Program-made: the position numbers and the translations under genes | Notes under the pieces: model-generated | What the model was told of the DNA's origin: nothing | The model's database searches: none | The model's input: only the letters and a program-made list of their open reading frames with translations | Assembly: GCA_022711655.1 (NCBI GenBank) | Contig: JAKLEM010000003.1 | Span: forward strand, 10,710 to 74,709 | DNA from: Candidatus Auribacterota bacterium | Lineage (GTDB): Bacteria; Auribacterota; Ancaeobacteria; Ancaeobacterales; Ancaeobacteraceae | Direction of reading: 5' to 3' | Length of the DNA: 64,000 bases | In this document: positions 20,079 through 28,480 of the stretch, in pieces | Layout of the letters: the number at the start of each line of letters is the position of its first letter | Position numbering within the stretch: position 1 is the stretch's first letter

Positions 20079-20107
20079 AATATAACACCCGACCACGCGA
20101 CTGTCAA
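20079..20107 (-). promoter_or_regulatory. Near-consensus promoter for the small-peptide/DUF1571 unit
   Basis: The minus strand reads TTGACA (20102-20107), a 17-nt spacer, then TATATT (20079-20084). Confidence 0.55.
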
Positions 20108-20128
20108 TCATCTGCGTGCGTTCCCTAA

Positions 20129-20282
20129 GGGGCAAGCGGGGCGTGTCCGTGTCAGCACATTGACAATGCGAGCGGGCACGGTGTCCCGCCACAGGCGGGA
20201 CGTGCGAGCCTTGTCGCTGAGCGGGATTTTCCTCGCTGGGGAAAATCCCGCGATGCTGACACGGACACGCCCCGCTTGCCCC
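20129..20282. repeat. 154-bp element closed by perfect 29-bp inverted repeats, with two internal hairpins
   Basis: GGGGCAAGCGGGGCGTGTCCGTGTCAGCA (20129-20157) is the exact reverse complement of 20254-20282. Internal hairpins are GTCCCGCC/GGCGGGAC (about 20183-20201) and GCGGGATTTTCC/GGAAAATCCCGC (20221-20251). Confidence 0.9.
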
Positions 20283-20284
20283 GT

Positions 20285-23200
20285 TTATAGAACGATCTGC
20301 TGAACCGCATCCGAACATACCGGACACTCTCCCCTGCCGCAGCCGGGGAAAAGGCCGGCGGCGATCGCGGTCTGCATATCGGCAACGGCCGCTTCGGCCT
20401 TCGCCAGGACCGCGGGGGTGACCGCCACCTCTTTGACGACGCCGGGCGCGGCGAAATAGAGGAGCAGGCGAGCCGGCGTCTCGCCGGCGATCTTCTTTAC
20501 CGCGGAAGCGTAGACGAGAAGCTGGAGGTCGTAATACCTCGCCTTGGCTTCCGCGCCGGCCTCATCGACCCTGTTCGTCTTATAGTCGAGGATCGTCCAG
20601 CCTTGCGGGGTTTTGAACAGGAGGTCGATCGTCCCCCGCAGGACCCTTCCCCCTTCGCGAATAACAAAATCGGTTTCGCGGTAAAGCGTCCCCACACGCG
20701 CGCTCGCGGCTATCTCGTCAAAAAGCGGCGACGCGGCGAAACGGCGAAGCATTTCAGAGATCTCATCCCGGTCGGCCTGCGAAACATTCGCCGCGAACCG
20801 TCCGGCCAGCCTCTCGACCTCGCGGACGCGGTCGGAAGAGGCGAAATCGAAACGCTCCATCATCAGGTGAAAAAGATCTCCCAGCTCGTTTCGGCGAAGC
20901 CGGACAGCCTCGTCGCCGCCGCCGAGATCCTCCTCTCGCTCCTTCGGCTGATAAAAGATGCCGGGGTCCCTCAGCTCCACGCTCCTGAAATAGCGACGCG
21001 GGCACTCCCGGTATTCCAAGAGCGGCGTCACGGCGAAACGCATGTCCCGCACATGTTCTCTCGCCGCGATATCGTCGATCCGGGAAACGATCGCCTGCCG
21101 CTTCGCGTCCGCCCGGGCCATAAGCGACTGATACTCCCCCGTCTTCCCGCAGTACTGCGCGGCAAGCACGCCGGCGGGATCAGAGACCCCCAGCCGCACG
21201 GTTTCGTCTGCGATCGGCGCGTTTTCTCCGGCGCCGCTCCACCAGTCGAACGAGAAGCCGAACGCCGCCCCCTCCTGCGACCGCCCGTCGTAGAGATGTT
21301 TCAACTTGACCGCCCATTTCATAAAGCTGTTCAGCTCCGCGTAGGGGCGCGCGGCCAGCTTCCCCGGATCGTCCGCCCACTTCCCCGTGACGCCGGACAG
21401 GATCAGATGGTCCATCGCTCGCGTCACGCCGACGTAGAAAAGCCGCTGCAGCTCTTCTTTCTCTTCGGCCCCGTCCCGTTCGGCGCACAGCGCATAGGTC
21501 CGGTCCCGCTTCATCTCTCCGTCGATCCTGCTGCGGTACTTGAAACCGATCTCGCACTCACCGCCGCCGCTCCCGCCCTGCCTTCCGAAAAGGACGAAAC
21601 TGTCGTTCTGGTCGTTGAACTCCCTGCCGAGGTCGGCAAAGACGACCACGGGGAACTCCAGCCCCTTCGCACGGTGTACGGTGCAGAGCCGGACGCTGTT
21701 ATCGCCGCGCTCGAGCTCGACCTGGGCGTCGCTCTCGCGGACCTCCTCGTCGCGAAGCTTCTCGATATAGCGGATGAACTCGCCCATCGTGAAGAACTGG
21801 TTGCGCTCGAACTCGCGCGCCTTCTCAACCAGCTTGCGGACGTTCGCGTATTTCCGCTTGCCGTCATTCACGCTCAAGAGCTTGATGTCGAACCCGCTCT
21901 CGGCAACCGCGCGTTCCAGTATCGCCGAAACGGGATGGGAGTCCTTCATCGCCAGCGCGATGCGGTGCGCCTCCAGGAAACGGGTCAGCCGCGCCTTTTC
22001 GTCTTCAGGGATCTGCTCGAGCAGGCCGTCGGCCGACCCGCCGGCACACCGCCCCAGCTCGTCGTAGAGCGACGGCAGGCGGCGTCCCTCTTTTTTGAAA
22101 GCCGCCCGGCGCACGGGATCCCTCAGGCAGAACACGGTGTCGTCGGACACGCCGGCGAACGGCGATTTCAGCAGTCCCGCCAGCGAAAGGTCGTCTGACC
22201 GATCGTCCAGCGACTTAAGAAAATTGAGGCAGTCGCGCACTTCAGCCCGGCCGTAGAAATCGCCCCCCTTCACCACGAAATACGGGATCCCGGCGGCGGC
22301 GAGCGCATTCTCGTAGAGATACGAATCGCTCATCGCCTTGAAAAGTATCGCAATGTCTTTATACCCCGCAGGCCTGAGCGTATACCGCCCGTCGCCGGCG
22401 TTCTCCTTGACCTTGACCTCGGCGCCCTCGACAAGACGCCTGATCCGACGCGCGAGCTGATCGGCCTCGGCTTCCCGGCCGAAAAGCGGAGCGGGACCCG
22501 CCTGCGTGTTGGGATCTCCGGAAAGGACATCCTCTCCCGGGTCTCCCTCTCCGCCCGGCTTGCCGGCGACGCCAATGATCTCTATACGGGGGACGCAGCT
22601 CTTTTCGTCGGGATACGCCGCCATCGGCGCAACCTTCTTGTACAGGCCGCCCATGATGTCCGCGAACGCAAAGTCGGCGAACCGGACCAGGTGCGCGCGC
22701 GAACGGAAATTTTCGTGCAGCTCGAACGACTGCGCCTTGCCCCTGCCGTAGCTGTTCTCATCGAACGCGGCGACCATTTCCCTGAACGATCCCAGGTCGG
22801 CGTTGCGGAAACGGTAGATCGACTGCTTCTCGTCGCCGACGATGAAGAGCTGCCCGTCGCGGGCGCAGCCCCGCACGATATCGATCTGGATCCTGCTCGT
22901 ATCCTGGAACTCGTCGACCATGACGTGCCTGAAGGCGGCGCGGTAGCCGGCGGCCGCCGCCTTTTTCGGATCGGTGTCTTCCTTCAGCAGGCCGGCCAGG
23001 TAATAGAGCAGGTCGTCGAAATCGAGGACCCGCTCGCGCCGCTTCTCCTCTTCGTATTCCCTCGCGAACTCTTTCAGGAGCCTGACGAACGCGGCCTTGT
23101 ACGGGTAGGTGATCTGCTCGTACAATGCGGCGACCGCCTCGTAGACGATGCCGCCGTCCTTGCCCTCTTTCAGCTCTTTGACGGCCTCTTTCCACGGGCT

Positions 23201-24025
23201 CTTCACCCCTCCGTGGATGCCGCCGTTGCCGAAACAGCCCAGGATCCTCTCGACGAGCCGCTCGTCCAGCGCCCCCGTGGCCGCCGCCTCGAGGATGCCG
23301 CACAGTTCGCGGGCTTTCTCGCAGGTGTCCGCGACCCTCGAGCTTTTGCCGTCGCCCGGGCCGAGCGCGGCCAGCTCGCGCGCCTTCGCCAGGAACTTCG
23401 CGAGGACGGCGTCACAGCCGGCGCTCATGTCGGGGACCGAGATCGACCCTATATCGATCTCGAACGAACGCGCCTTCGCATAGGCGCCCTTCAGCGCCTG
23501 CCCCGGGGCGCTGTCCCGGTATTCGACGAGGAACCTGACCAGCGCGTCATCCCCGGCCGCCCGATCGAAAACCCTCTCGATCGCCCTGTCCTGCAAAAGA
23601 GAATCGATCCCTTCGGTGACGACGCCGAAACCGGGCTCGACGCCGGCCTCGAGCGGGTTCTCTCGGAGGATGCGCGCAGCGAACGAGTGGATCGTCCCGA
23701 TATACGAGTTCTGCAGGCCGGCGAGGAGCGATTCGTATCGCTTCCGTCTCTTCCCTTTCGCCGCGAGAGCCCGGCGCTCGAGCTCGGCGCGCGTCCGCTC
23801 TTTGAGCGTATTCGCCGCCTTTTCGCCGAACGTGATCACCAGGATATTGCCGAACGTGAGGGACGGATCTCGCTCGAGCATGTAAAGGAGCCGATCGACC
23901 ATCACCGTGGTTTTCCCCGACCCCGCCGACGCCGTCACGCAGATGTCCTTCGATAGGTCCGGGCATGAGATGATCCCGTTCTGCCTGTCCGACCGTTCAT
24001 GGCTGGCCGTATACAGATCGCTCAT
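20285..24025 (-). CDS. addA: AddA-type ATP-dependent helicase/nuclease (UvrD-like helicase plus C-terminal PD-(D/E)XK nuclease)
   Basis: Walker A ASAGSGKTT, UvrD helicase motifs, and the C-terminal nuclease motif GTIDLLFK..ILDYKTN. The start is placed at MSDLY (24023-24025), which forms an ATGA overlap with the addB stop. Confidence 0.85.
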   Translation of the reverse strand: MSDLYTASHERSDRQNGIISCPDLSKDICVTASAGSGKTTVMVDRLLYMLERDPSLTFGNILVITFGEKAANTLKERTRAELERRALAAKGKRRKRYESLLAGLQNSYIGTIHSFAARILRENPLEAGVEPGFGVVTEGIDSLLQDRAIERVFDRAAGDDALVRFLVEYRDSAPGQALKGAYAKARSFEIDIGSISVPDMSAGCDAVLAKFLAKARELAALGPGDGKSSRVADTCEKARELCGILEAAATGALDERLVERILGCFGNGGIHGGVKSPWKEAVKELKEGKDGGIVYEAVAALYEQITYPYKAAFVRLLKEFAREYEEEKRRERVLDFDDLLYYLAGLLKEDTDPKKAAAAGYRAAFRHVMVDEFQDTSRIQIDIVRGCARDGQLFIVGDEKQSIYRFRNADLGSFREMVAAFDENSYGRGKAQSFELHENFRSRAHLVRFADFAFADIMGGLYKKVAPMAAYPDEKSCVPRIEIIGVAGKPGGEGDPGEDVLSGDPNTQAGPAPLFGREAEADQLARRIRRLVEGAEVKVKENAGDGRYTLRPAGYKDIAILFKAMSDSYLYENALAAAGIPYFVVKGGDFYGRAEVRDCLNFLKSLDDRSDDLSLAGLLKSPFAGVSDDTVFCLRDPVRRAAFKKEGRRLPSLYDELGRCAGGSADGLLEQIPEDEKARLTRFLEAHRIALAMKDSHPVSAILERAVAESGFDIKLLSVNDGKRKYANVRKLVEKAREFERNQFFTMGEFIRYIEKLRDEEVRESDAQVELERGDNSVRLCTVHRAKGLEFPVVVFADLGREFNDQNDSFVLFGRQGGSGGGECEIGFKYRSRIDGEMKRDRTYALCAERDGAEEKEELQRLFYVGVTRAMDHLILSGVTGKWADDPGKLAARPYAELNSFMKWAVKLKHLYDGRSQEGAAFGFSFDWWSGAGENAPIADETVRLGVSDPAGVLAAQYCGKTGEYQSLMARADAKRQAIVSRIDDIAAREHVRDMRFAVTPLLEYRECPRRYFRSVELRDPGIFYQPKEREEDLGGGDEAVRLRRNELGDLFHLMMERFDFASSDRVREVERLAGRFAANVSQADRDEISEMLRRFAASPLFDEIAASARVGTLYRETDFVIREGGRVLRGTIDLLFKTPQGWTILDYKTNRVDEAGAEAKARYYDLQLLVYASAVKKIAGETPARLLLYFAAPGVVKEVAVTPAVLAKAEAAVADMQTAIAAGLFPGCGRGECPVCSDAVQQIVL

Positions 24026-27000
24026 CGCTTCTTCTCCCTGGGGGCGAGCAGCGCGGCCGCCGCCTGCCGGTGATGCTCCCATGTCTCCTTCTTCTGCCAG
24101 GTCGCGTTATACCGGCAGAGCCCGTTGTAGATGCAGAAACCGCACGCGCCCGGATACGGGTTGGGACGGATCAGGCCGCAGGCGATATCGAGGACGAACC
24201 TGGCGATGTGCGCGCGCGCCTGTTCCATATACTCCTCGAAGAGGCCGCCTTTCTTGCTGCCGAAAAACGGGGCGAACTCCTGCGCGTACATCCCGCCCCG
24301 CTCGAACGTCTTGATGTTATAGATCTCGCCTCCCATCGCCTTCGCGCCGGCGATCTCTGAAAGTTCCGCGGCGCCGCCCCGGACCGCCATCACATAGATC
24401 GGGAGCTGCAGATCGACGCCGTCCTCGACCGACTTCCCGTCGAAGGTCTTGCTGCCCGACTTATAGTCGATAACCAGCGCCGCCAGCCCTGAGCCGTCAT
24501 CCCTGACGTCGATACGGTCGATGAACCCCTTCAGCTTCACGCCCCGGTCGCAGATATGGAAATTCCGCTCGAAGAAGCGCGGCTCGAGCCCGGCCCGTTC
24601 CCTCTCGAACCGGCGCTCCTTGTCTATGTACAACGCCAGCCTGCCGGCGACATATTCCCGGGCGAGCCGTATCTCGGATGCCTTCTCGCCCCTGAAATAC
24701 TCGGGCCCTTTTTCCCTGATGGCCTCTTCCATCTCCGCGATCAGGGCGCGCCGCGCCGTCTCCGCCCCCTCGGGCGTGTCGCCGTAGGCATCAATGATCC
24801 GGCGCCGATCCAGCTTGCGGTAGAACCTTTCCAGGGCGCTGTGCATGAGCTTGCCGACCTGCCGCCCGTCGAAACCGAACTCCTCTTCCTGGATATCGAG
24901 CGCATACCGGCAGAAATATTTATACGGGCAGACCGCGAACGTCGAAAGCGAGGACGAGCTGAACTCGCCGGCCGCCGCCGCCTGATAGAAACCGCGGGCA
25001 GCCGCAGATTGCACCGTCAACGGGTACGGGTCGCCCGCCCCGAGCTCGGGCGGAAAATATCTCGCGCAAGGCATGCGGGAGAGGGCGTCGAACAGCGAAA
25101 CGCACAACGCCTTCCCTTCGACAAACGTCAGGTACCCGTCCGGCCGCATCGACGCACGGGCCGCGGCCGCCGGCGGGTTTTTTTGCGACAGCGCAAAGGT
25201 CACCGCCGCGCTCGCGTCCCGTATCGTGACCGCTTCTTCCGCCGCGGGCACGATATCGGTGACATCTTTCCGCACCGTCATCGCCGTCAGGTCTCCGGAC
25301 CTGAACAGCCGCTCGACCTCCCGGACGAAAAACGACGGCAGCGACACATCTCCGTCTATGGTGAACTTCGGGTAGCTCAGGTACAGGAGGCGCGAGGCCC
25401 GCGTGAGCGCCATATAAAAGAGGAATTTCTCGCCGGGCACCCGGTCGAGGCGCGGCTCGAACGCCTCCGCTCCGAGGCCGTTCAGGATCCTTCGCTCGCC
25501 GTCGCGCAAAACGGCGTCCTCGATGATCTGCTTCGGGAACTCCTTCTCCATGAGCCCTGCGACGAAAACGGCGCGGTACTCTTTCTGGATCGCCGTGGCG
25601 ATGTCGTAGACCTGCACCTTATTGCGGTTGGCGTCGCCCACGGAATAGAGCGCGGCCTCCACCCCCTCGAGGACAAGCCGGTAAAAATGTTCGGGGCACG
25701 GCGCGCCGTGGGCGTCGTACGAGGCGATCCGGTCGACGATCTTCGAGAACTCCTTCCGGGCGATAAGATCCTCGCGCCTTACCGGGAATGCGGGGTCGTC
25801 CCAGCCATCCACGGGAACCGCCTGCGCCTGCCGCTCCGAAAGAAAAGCCGACAGGCACCGCTTCATAGCGTCGAACCCGCCGCAGGCGCGCATCGCCTCG
25901 TCGAACCGCCGCAGGCCGCTGAGTATTTCACGCGCCTCCCCGGCGAGATCCCTGTCGTCGCAGAGCGCGCACGCCTCGTCCCTCGTGCGGACGCCCCGCC
26001 TCCTGAGCTCGCCGGCAAGCTCAGCGCCGCCGCGGGCGCCAAAGTCGAAATAAGCCGACTTCAGCGCCTCGATGAGATCGTCGCACGTCCCGTCGGCGCC
26101 AAAGAACCGCAGGAGGTGAACGACCGCTTTTACGAAAGGATCGTTATTGAGCTTGCGCCGTTCGTGCACCTCGACCGGTATCCCGAACTTCGCGAAGACG
26201 GGCCTGATCACGTCCTCGACGCCGCTGAGGCTCCGATAAATCACGCAGAAATCGGTGAACCGCACCTCTTTCTTCCCGATCGCACCCGGGTCGCCCGTCA
26301 GCCGCAGTATCTCGCGCGCGATCATCTCCAGCTCGCCGGAAGGACCCGTCGCCTCGAAGATCCTGACCCTGATATCTTCCGGATAGGCTGCGGCCGGTAT
26401 CTCTGCGGCCGTTTTCCCCGTGAAAAGGAATCTCTCTATGTATGAGATGGCGTCGCTGCCCTGCGGCCGCATGTTCTTCCGGCTTCGCAGCGAAGAGGCG
26501 CCGACGACGGCGAAATCGAACCCGGGCCCCGTCAGGTCACGCCTCGTCTTGTCGACGTAAGCGAAAAGGTCGTCTTTCCGCTCCTCGTCCATCGTGAGGG
26601 TGATCAGCGTCTCGTCGGACCGCTGCGCGACATGCCTGATGAACTGCAGCTGGGCGCCCGTAAAGTGGTAGAACCCGTCGAAGATGATAAGCCCGAACCG
26701 CTTCCCCGGGAGAGACGCGTCGCCGGAGCGCCTGATGAAATCGAAAATGCTGCTCTCCGCGTCCCGCCGCCCGCCGGAGATCGCCTGATAGCGCGCGAAT
26801 ATCGCGCAAAGATCGTCGAGCTTTGACCGCAGCGCGGGATGATCGCGGCGCGACACCCGGGCCGCGGCCTTCGCGAAATCGCCGAACTCGACGTACGACG
26901 ATTTCATCTCTTTGATGAAATCCGACAGCACACCGGGGAAGCCGGCAAGGCGGCGCGCGTCCTGATAATAGCCGAGCTCGATATCGCCTGCGCAGATCTG

Positions 27001-27366
27001 CTCGAGACAGTAGGTCCGCAGGATATCGGTAACGACCGCGTCCTCCGAAGCCCCCGCGTGCATCTGGACGAAATCGTTGATCGTCATCACGTTCGGGTTG
27101 AACAACCCGGCGCAGGCGTCGCGCCCCTTCCTCAGTCCCGCGGAATGGAGCGCGGAGAGGATCAGGTCGATGACCCGGTCCGCATGCTCCCTGGTGGGGA
27201 GGATAAAGTACGAATCGTTGTCGAGCCCCGACTGCCGCGCGGCCAGCCGTTCGACATACCGCTCGATGCACAGCGTCGTCTTGCCCCGCCCCGCCGGGGC
27301 CGTCACAAGCGTCTTTTTCATATCGTGCATTTTACTACAACAGGGCGTTTTCGTAATGCTTTTCAT
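24022..27366 (-). CDS. addB: AddB-type helicase/nuclease subunit with an iron-sulfur staple nuclease domain
   Basis: N-terminal APAGRGKTT, C-terminal IDRIDV..VIDYKSG, and Cys motifs FAVCPYKYF and CGFCIYNGLC. The start is ambiguous, with ATGs at 27366, 27330 and 27321. Confidence 0.8.
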   Translation of the reverse strand: MKSITKTPCCSKMHDMKKTLVTAPAGRGKTTLCIERYVERLAARQSGLDNDSYFILPTREHADRVIDLILSALHSAGLRKGRDACAGLFNPNVMTINDFVQMHAGASEDAVVTDILRTYCLEQICAGDIELGYYQDARRLAGFPGVLSDFIKEMKSSYVEFGDFAKAAARVSRRDHPALRSKLDDLCAIFARYQAISGGRRDAESSIFDFIRRSGDASLPGKRFGLIIFDGFYHFTGAQLQFIRHVAQRSDETLITLTMDEERKDDLFAYVDKTRRDLTGPGFDFAVVGASSLRSRKNMRPQGSDAISYIERFLFTGKTAAEIPAAAYPEDIRVRIFEATGPSGELEMIAREILRLTGDPGAIGKKEVRFTDFCVIYRSLSGVEDVIRPVFAKFGIPVEVHERRKLNNDPFVKAVVHLLRFFGADGTCDDLIEALKSAYFDFGARGGAELAGELRRRGVRTRDEACALCDDRDLAGEAREILSGLRRFDEAMRACGGFDAMKRCLSAFLSERQAQAVPVDGWDDPAFPVRREDLIARKEFSKIVDRIASYDAHGAPCPEHFYRLVLEGVEAALYSVGDANRNKVQVYDIATAIQKEYRAVFVAGLMEKEFPKQIIEDAVLRDGERRILNGLGAEAFEPRLDRVPGEKFLFYMALTRASRLLYLSYPKFTIDGDVSLPSFFVREVERLFRSGDLTAMTVRKDVTDIVPAAEEAVTIRDASAAVTFALSQKNPPAAAARASMRPDGYLTFVEGKALCVSLFDALSRMPCARYFPPELGAGDPYPLTVQSAAARGFYQAAAAGEFSSSSLSTFAVCPYKYFCRYALDIQEEEFGFDGRQVGKLMHSALERFYRKLDRRRIIDAYGDTPEGAETARRALIAEMEEAIREKGPEYFRGEKASEIRLAREYVAGRLALYIDKERRFERERAGLEPRFFERNFHICDRGVKLKGFIDRIDVRDDGSGLAALVIDYKSGSKTFDGKSVEDGVDLQLPIYVMAVRGGAAELSEIAGAKAMGGEIYNIKTFERGGMYAQEFAPFFGSKKGGLFEEYMEQARAHIARFVLDIACGLIRPNPYPGACGFCIYNGLCRYNATWQKKETWEHHRQAAAALLAPREKKR

Positions 27367-27515
27367 GCCGGCTCGTCACGCCGGCGGGGTCTTCGCTCTG
27401 CGAGAATTTCTGAGCGCCGACGTTCCCTCAGACGGCCGAGCCGCAGAAATCCGTAACGCACCGAAAGAATCACACCTGCCTACCCCGCTATAGAGCATAA
27501 ATTTCCAAAAATCGC

Positions 27516-27544
27516 TTGACACCCCCATCCGCAGAATATAATAT
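27516..27544 (+). promoter_or_regulatory. cspA promoter
   Basis: TTGACA at 27516-27521. TATAAT at 27537-27542 gives a 15-nt spacer; the overlapping TAATAT at 27539-27544 gives a 17-nt spacer. This implies a 5' UTR of about 170 nt. Confidence 0.6.
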
Positions 27545-27647
27545 CAAACGCGAATTACGGAGTTGCTTCTGCAGTCACGTTCACGTTTTATTGGTATTGC
27601 ATTATGTTGTTTGTTCGGCACAAAAAGATGTACTGAAAGAGTGGTGG

Positions 27648-27688
27648 AACCATAAGAGAGTGCTCCAGCTCTTATGGTTTTTTTGTTT
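27648..27688 (+). terminator. Terminator-like hairpin inside the cspA leader (candidate attenuator)
   Basis: AACCATAAGAG (27648-27658) pairs with CTCTTATGGTT (27669-27679) with a 10-nt loop, followed by TTTTTGTTT. Confidence 0.5.
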
Positions 27689-27719
27689 CAGGAGCGAAAC
27701 TGTATGAAAGGAGTATTTC

Positions 27720-27920
27720 ATGGTTAAGGGGACAGTAAAATGGTTTAATGACAAAAAGGGTTTTGGTTTCATTAAGCCGGACGAAGGCGAAGATGTCTTC
27801 GTTCATCATTCAGCCATTCAGGGCAGCGGGTTCAAGACGCTCGGCGAAGGCCAGAAGGTTGAATTCGAGATCGTTCAGAGCGATAAGGGCAAGCAGGCTC
27901 AGAACGTCATTAAGATCTAA
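27720..27920 (+). CDS. cspA: Cold-shock protein, CspA family
   Basis: 66 aa, [33 protein letters not shown], containing the RNP1 and RNP2 motifs. An AAGGAG Shine-Dalgarno is present. Confidence 0.97.
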   Translation: MVKGTVKWFNDKKGFGFIKPDEGEDVFVHHSAIQGSGFKTLGEGQKVEFEIVQSDKGKQAQNVIKI

Positions 27921-27939
27921 GTTCAACACGAAAAAAACA

Positions 27940-27975
27940 CCCCCCGTTCTGCGTACGCAGAACGGGGGGTTTTTT
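27940..27975 (+). terminator. Intrinsic terminator after cspA
   Basis: CCCCCCGTTCTGCG/CGCAGAACGGGGGG forms a perfect stem around a GTAC centre, followed by T6. An A-run upstream makes it potentially bidirectional. Confidence 0.85.
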
Positions 27976-28031
27976 ATGTATGACCGCCGCGTAACTCTCA
28001 TGCCGCCGTCCGGCCGCACACGGCGAAACGA

Positions 28032-28382
28032 TCAACGCCAACGCCTTCCTGTGGAATTGCCAAACCGGTTTGCCGGGGCATCGGACCGGTACGTCTCCGG
28101 TCCTCTCCGATAGCTGTTGCTACGGCGGGGTATATATTCTTCCTGATACCTGTTCGGACCGGAATTGTCAGGCGTCTGACAGCGTGTTGGCCGGTACGTC
28201 CAATTGTTATTGTTCGCACCCTGGCTCCTATTCTGCGGAGGAGGATTTCCCAATCCAACATATCCGCCGTTTCCTATTTGCACAGACCCGCCCCCGGGAA
28301 ACATATCATCGCCCGCTTGCGCGTCCCAGTTCGTGAGACCCAATACAAACAACAACATCGCCATATAAAGCGTTGTTTTCAT
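28032..28382 (-). CDS. Hypothetical secreted low-complexity (G/N/P/R-rich) protein
   Basis: 116 aa with a signal peptide (MKTTLYMAMLLFVLGLTNWDAQA) and a GGGAGG Shine-Dalgarno. I recognise no family. Confidence 0.5.
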   Translation of the reverse strand: MKTTLYMAMLLFVLGLTNWDAQAGDDMFPGGGSVQIGNGGYVGLGNPPPQNRSQGANNNNWTYRPTRCQTPDNSGPNRYQEEYIPRRSNSYRRGPETYRSDAPANRFGNSTGRRWR

Positions 28383-28445
28383 AAAGCCTCCCTTCGTCTG
28401 TTTTGACGCAGTGCCAGAATCATAGGTTCCCTATTATACATATAA

Positions 28446-28474
28446 TTGACTTACCGCAGTGAACGATTTACAAT
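28446..28474 (+). promoter_or_regulatory. Promoter of the hybrid kinase gene, positioned for a leaderless transcript
   Basis: TTGACT (28446-28451), a 17-nt spacer, then TACAAT (28469-28474). Only 6 nt (agagtt) separate it from the ATG at 28481, and there is no Shine-Dalgarno. Confidence 0.55.
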
Positions 28475-28480
28475 AGAGTT

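Noticed and set aside
20129-20282. Considered whether the 29-bp inverted-repeat element is an integron attC site, a Tn3-family-type MITE, a retron msr/msd, or a CRISPR fragment
   Set aside because: The flanks (ccctaa / gtttat) do not form the RYYYAAC/GTTRRRY pair and show no target-site duplication. No reverse transcriptase, integrase or transposase is nearby. There is no repeat-spacer periodicity. It is kept as an unexplained structured element instead.
20049-20385. ORFs 20049..20327(-), 20064..20303(+) and 20152..20385(-) covering the inverted-repeat element
   Set aside because: These frames are open only because of the palindromic GC-rich sequence. They have no SD, they mirror one another, and they overlap the addA 3' end.
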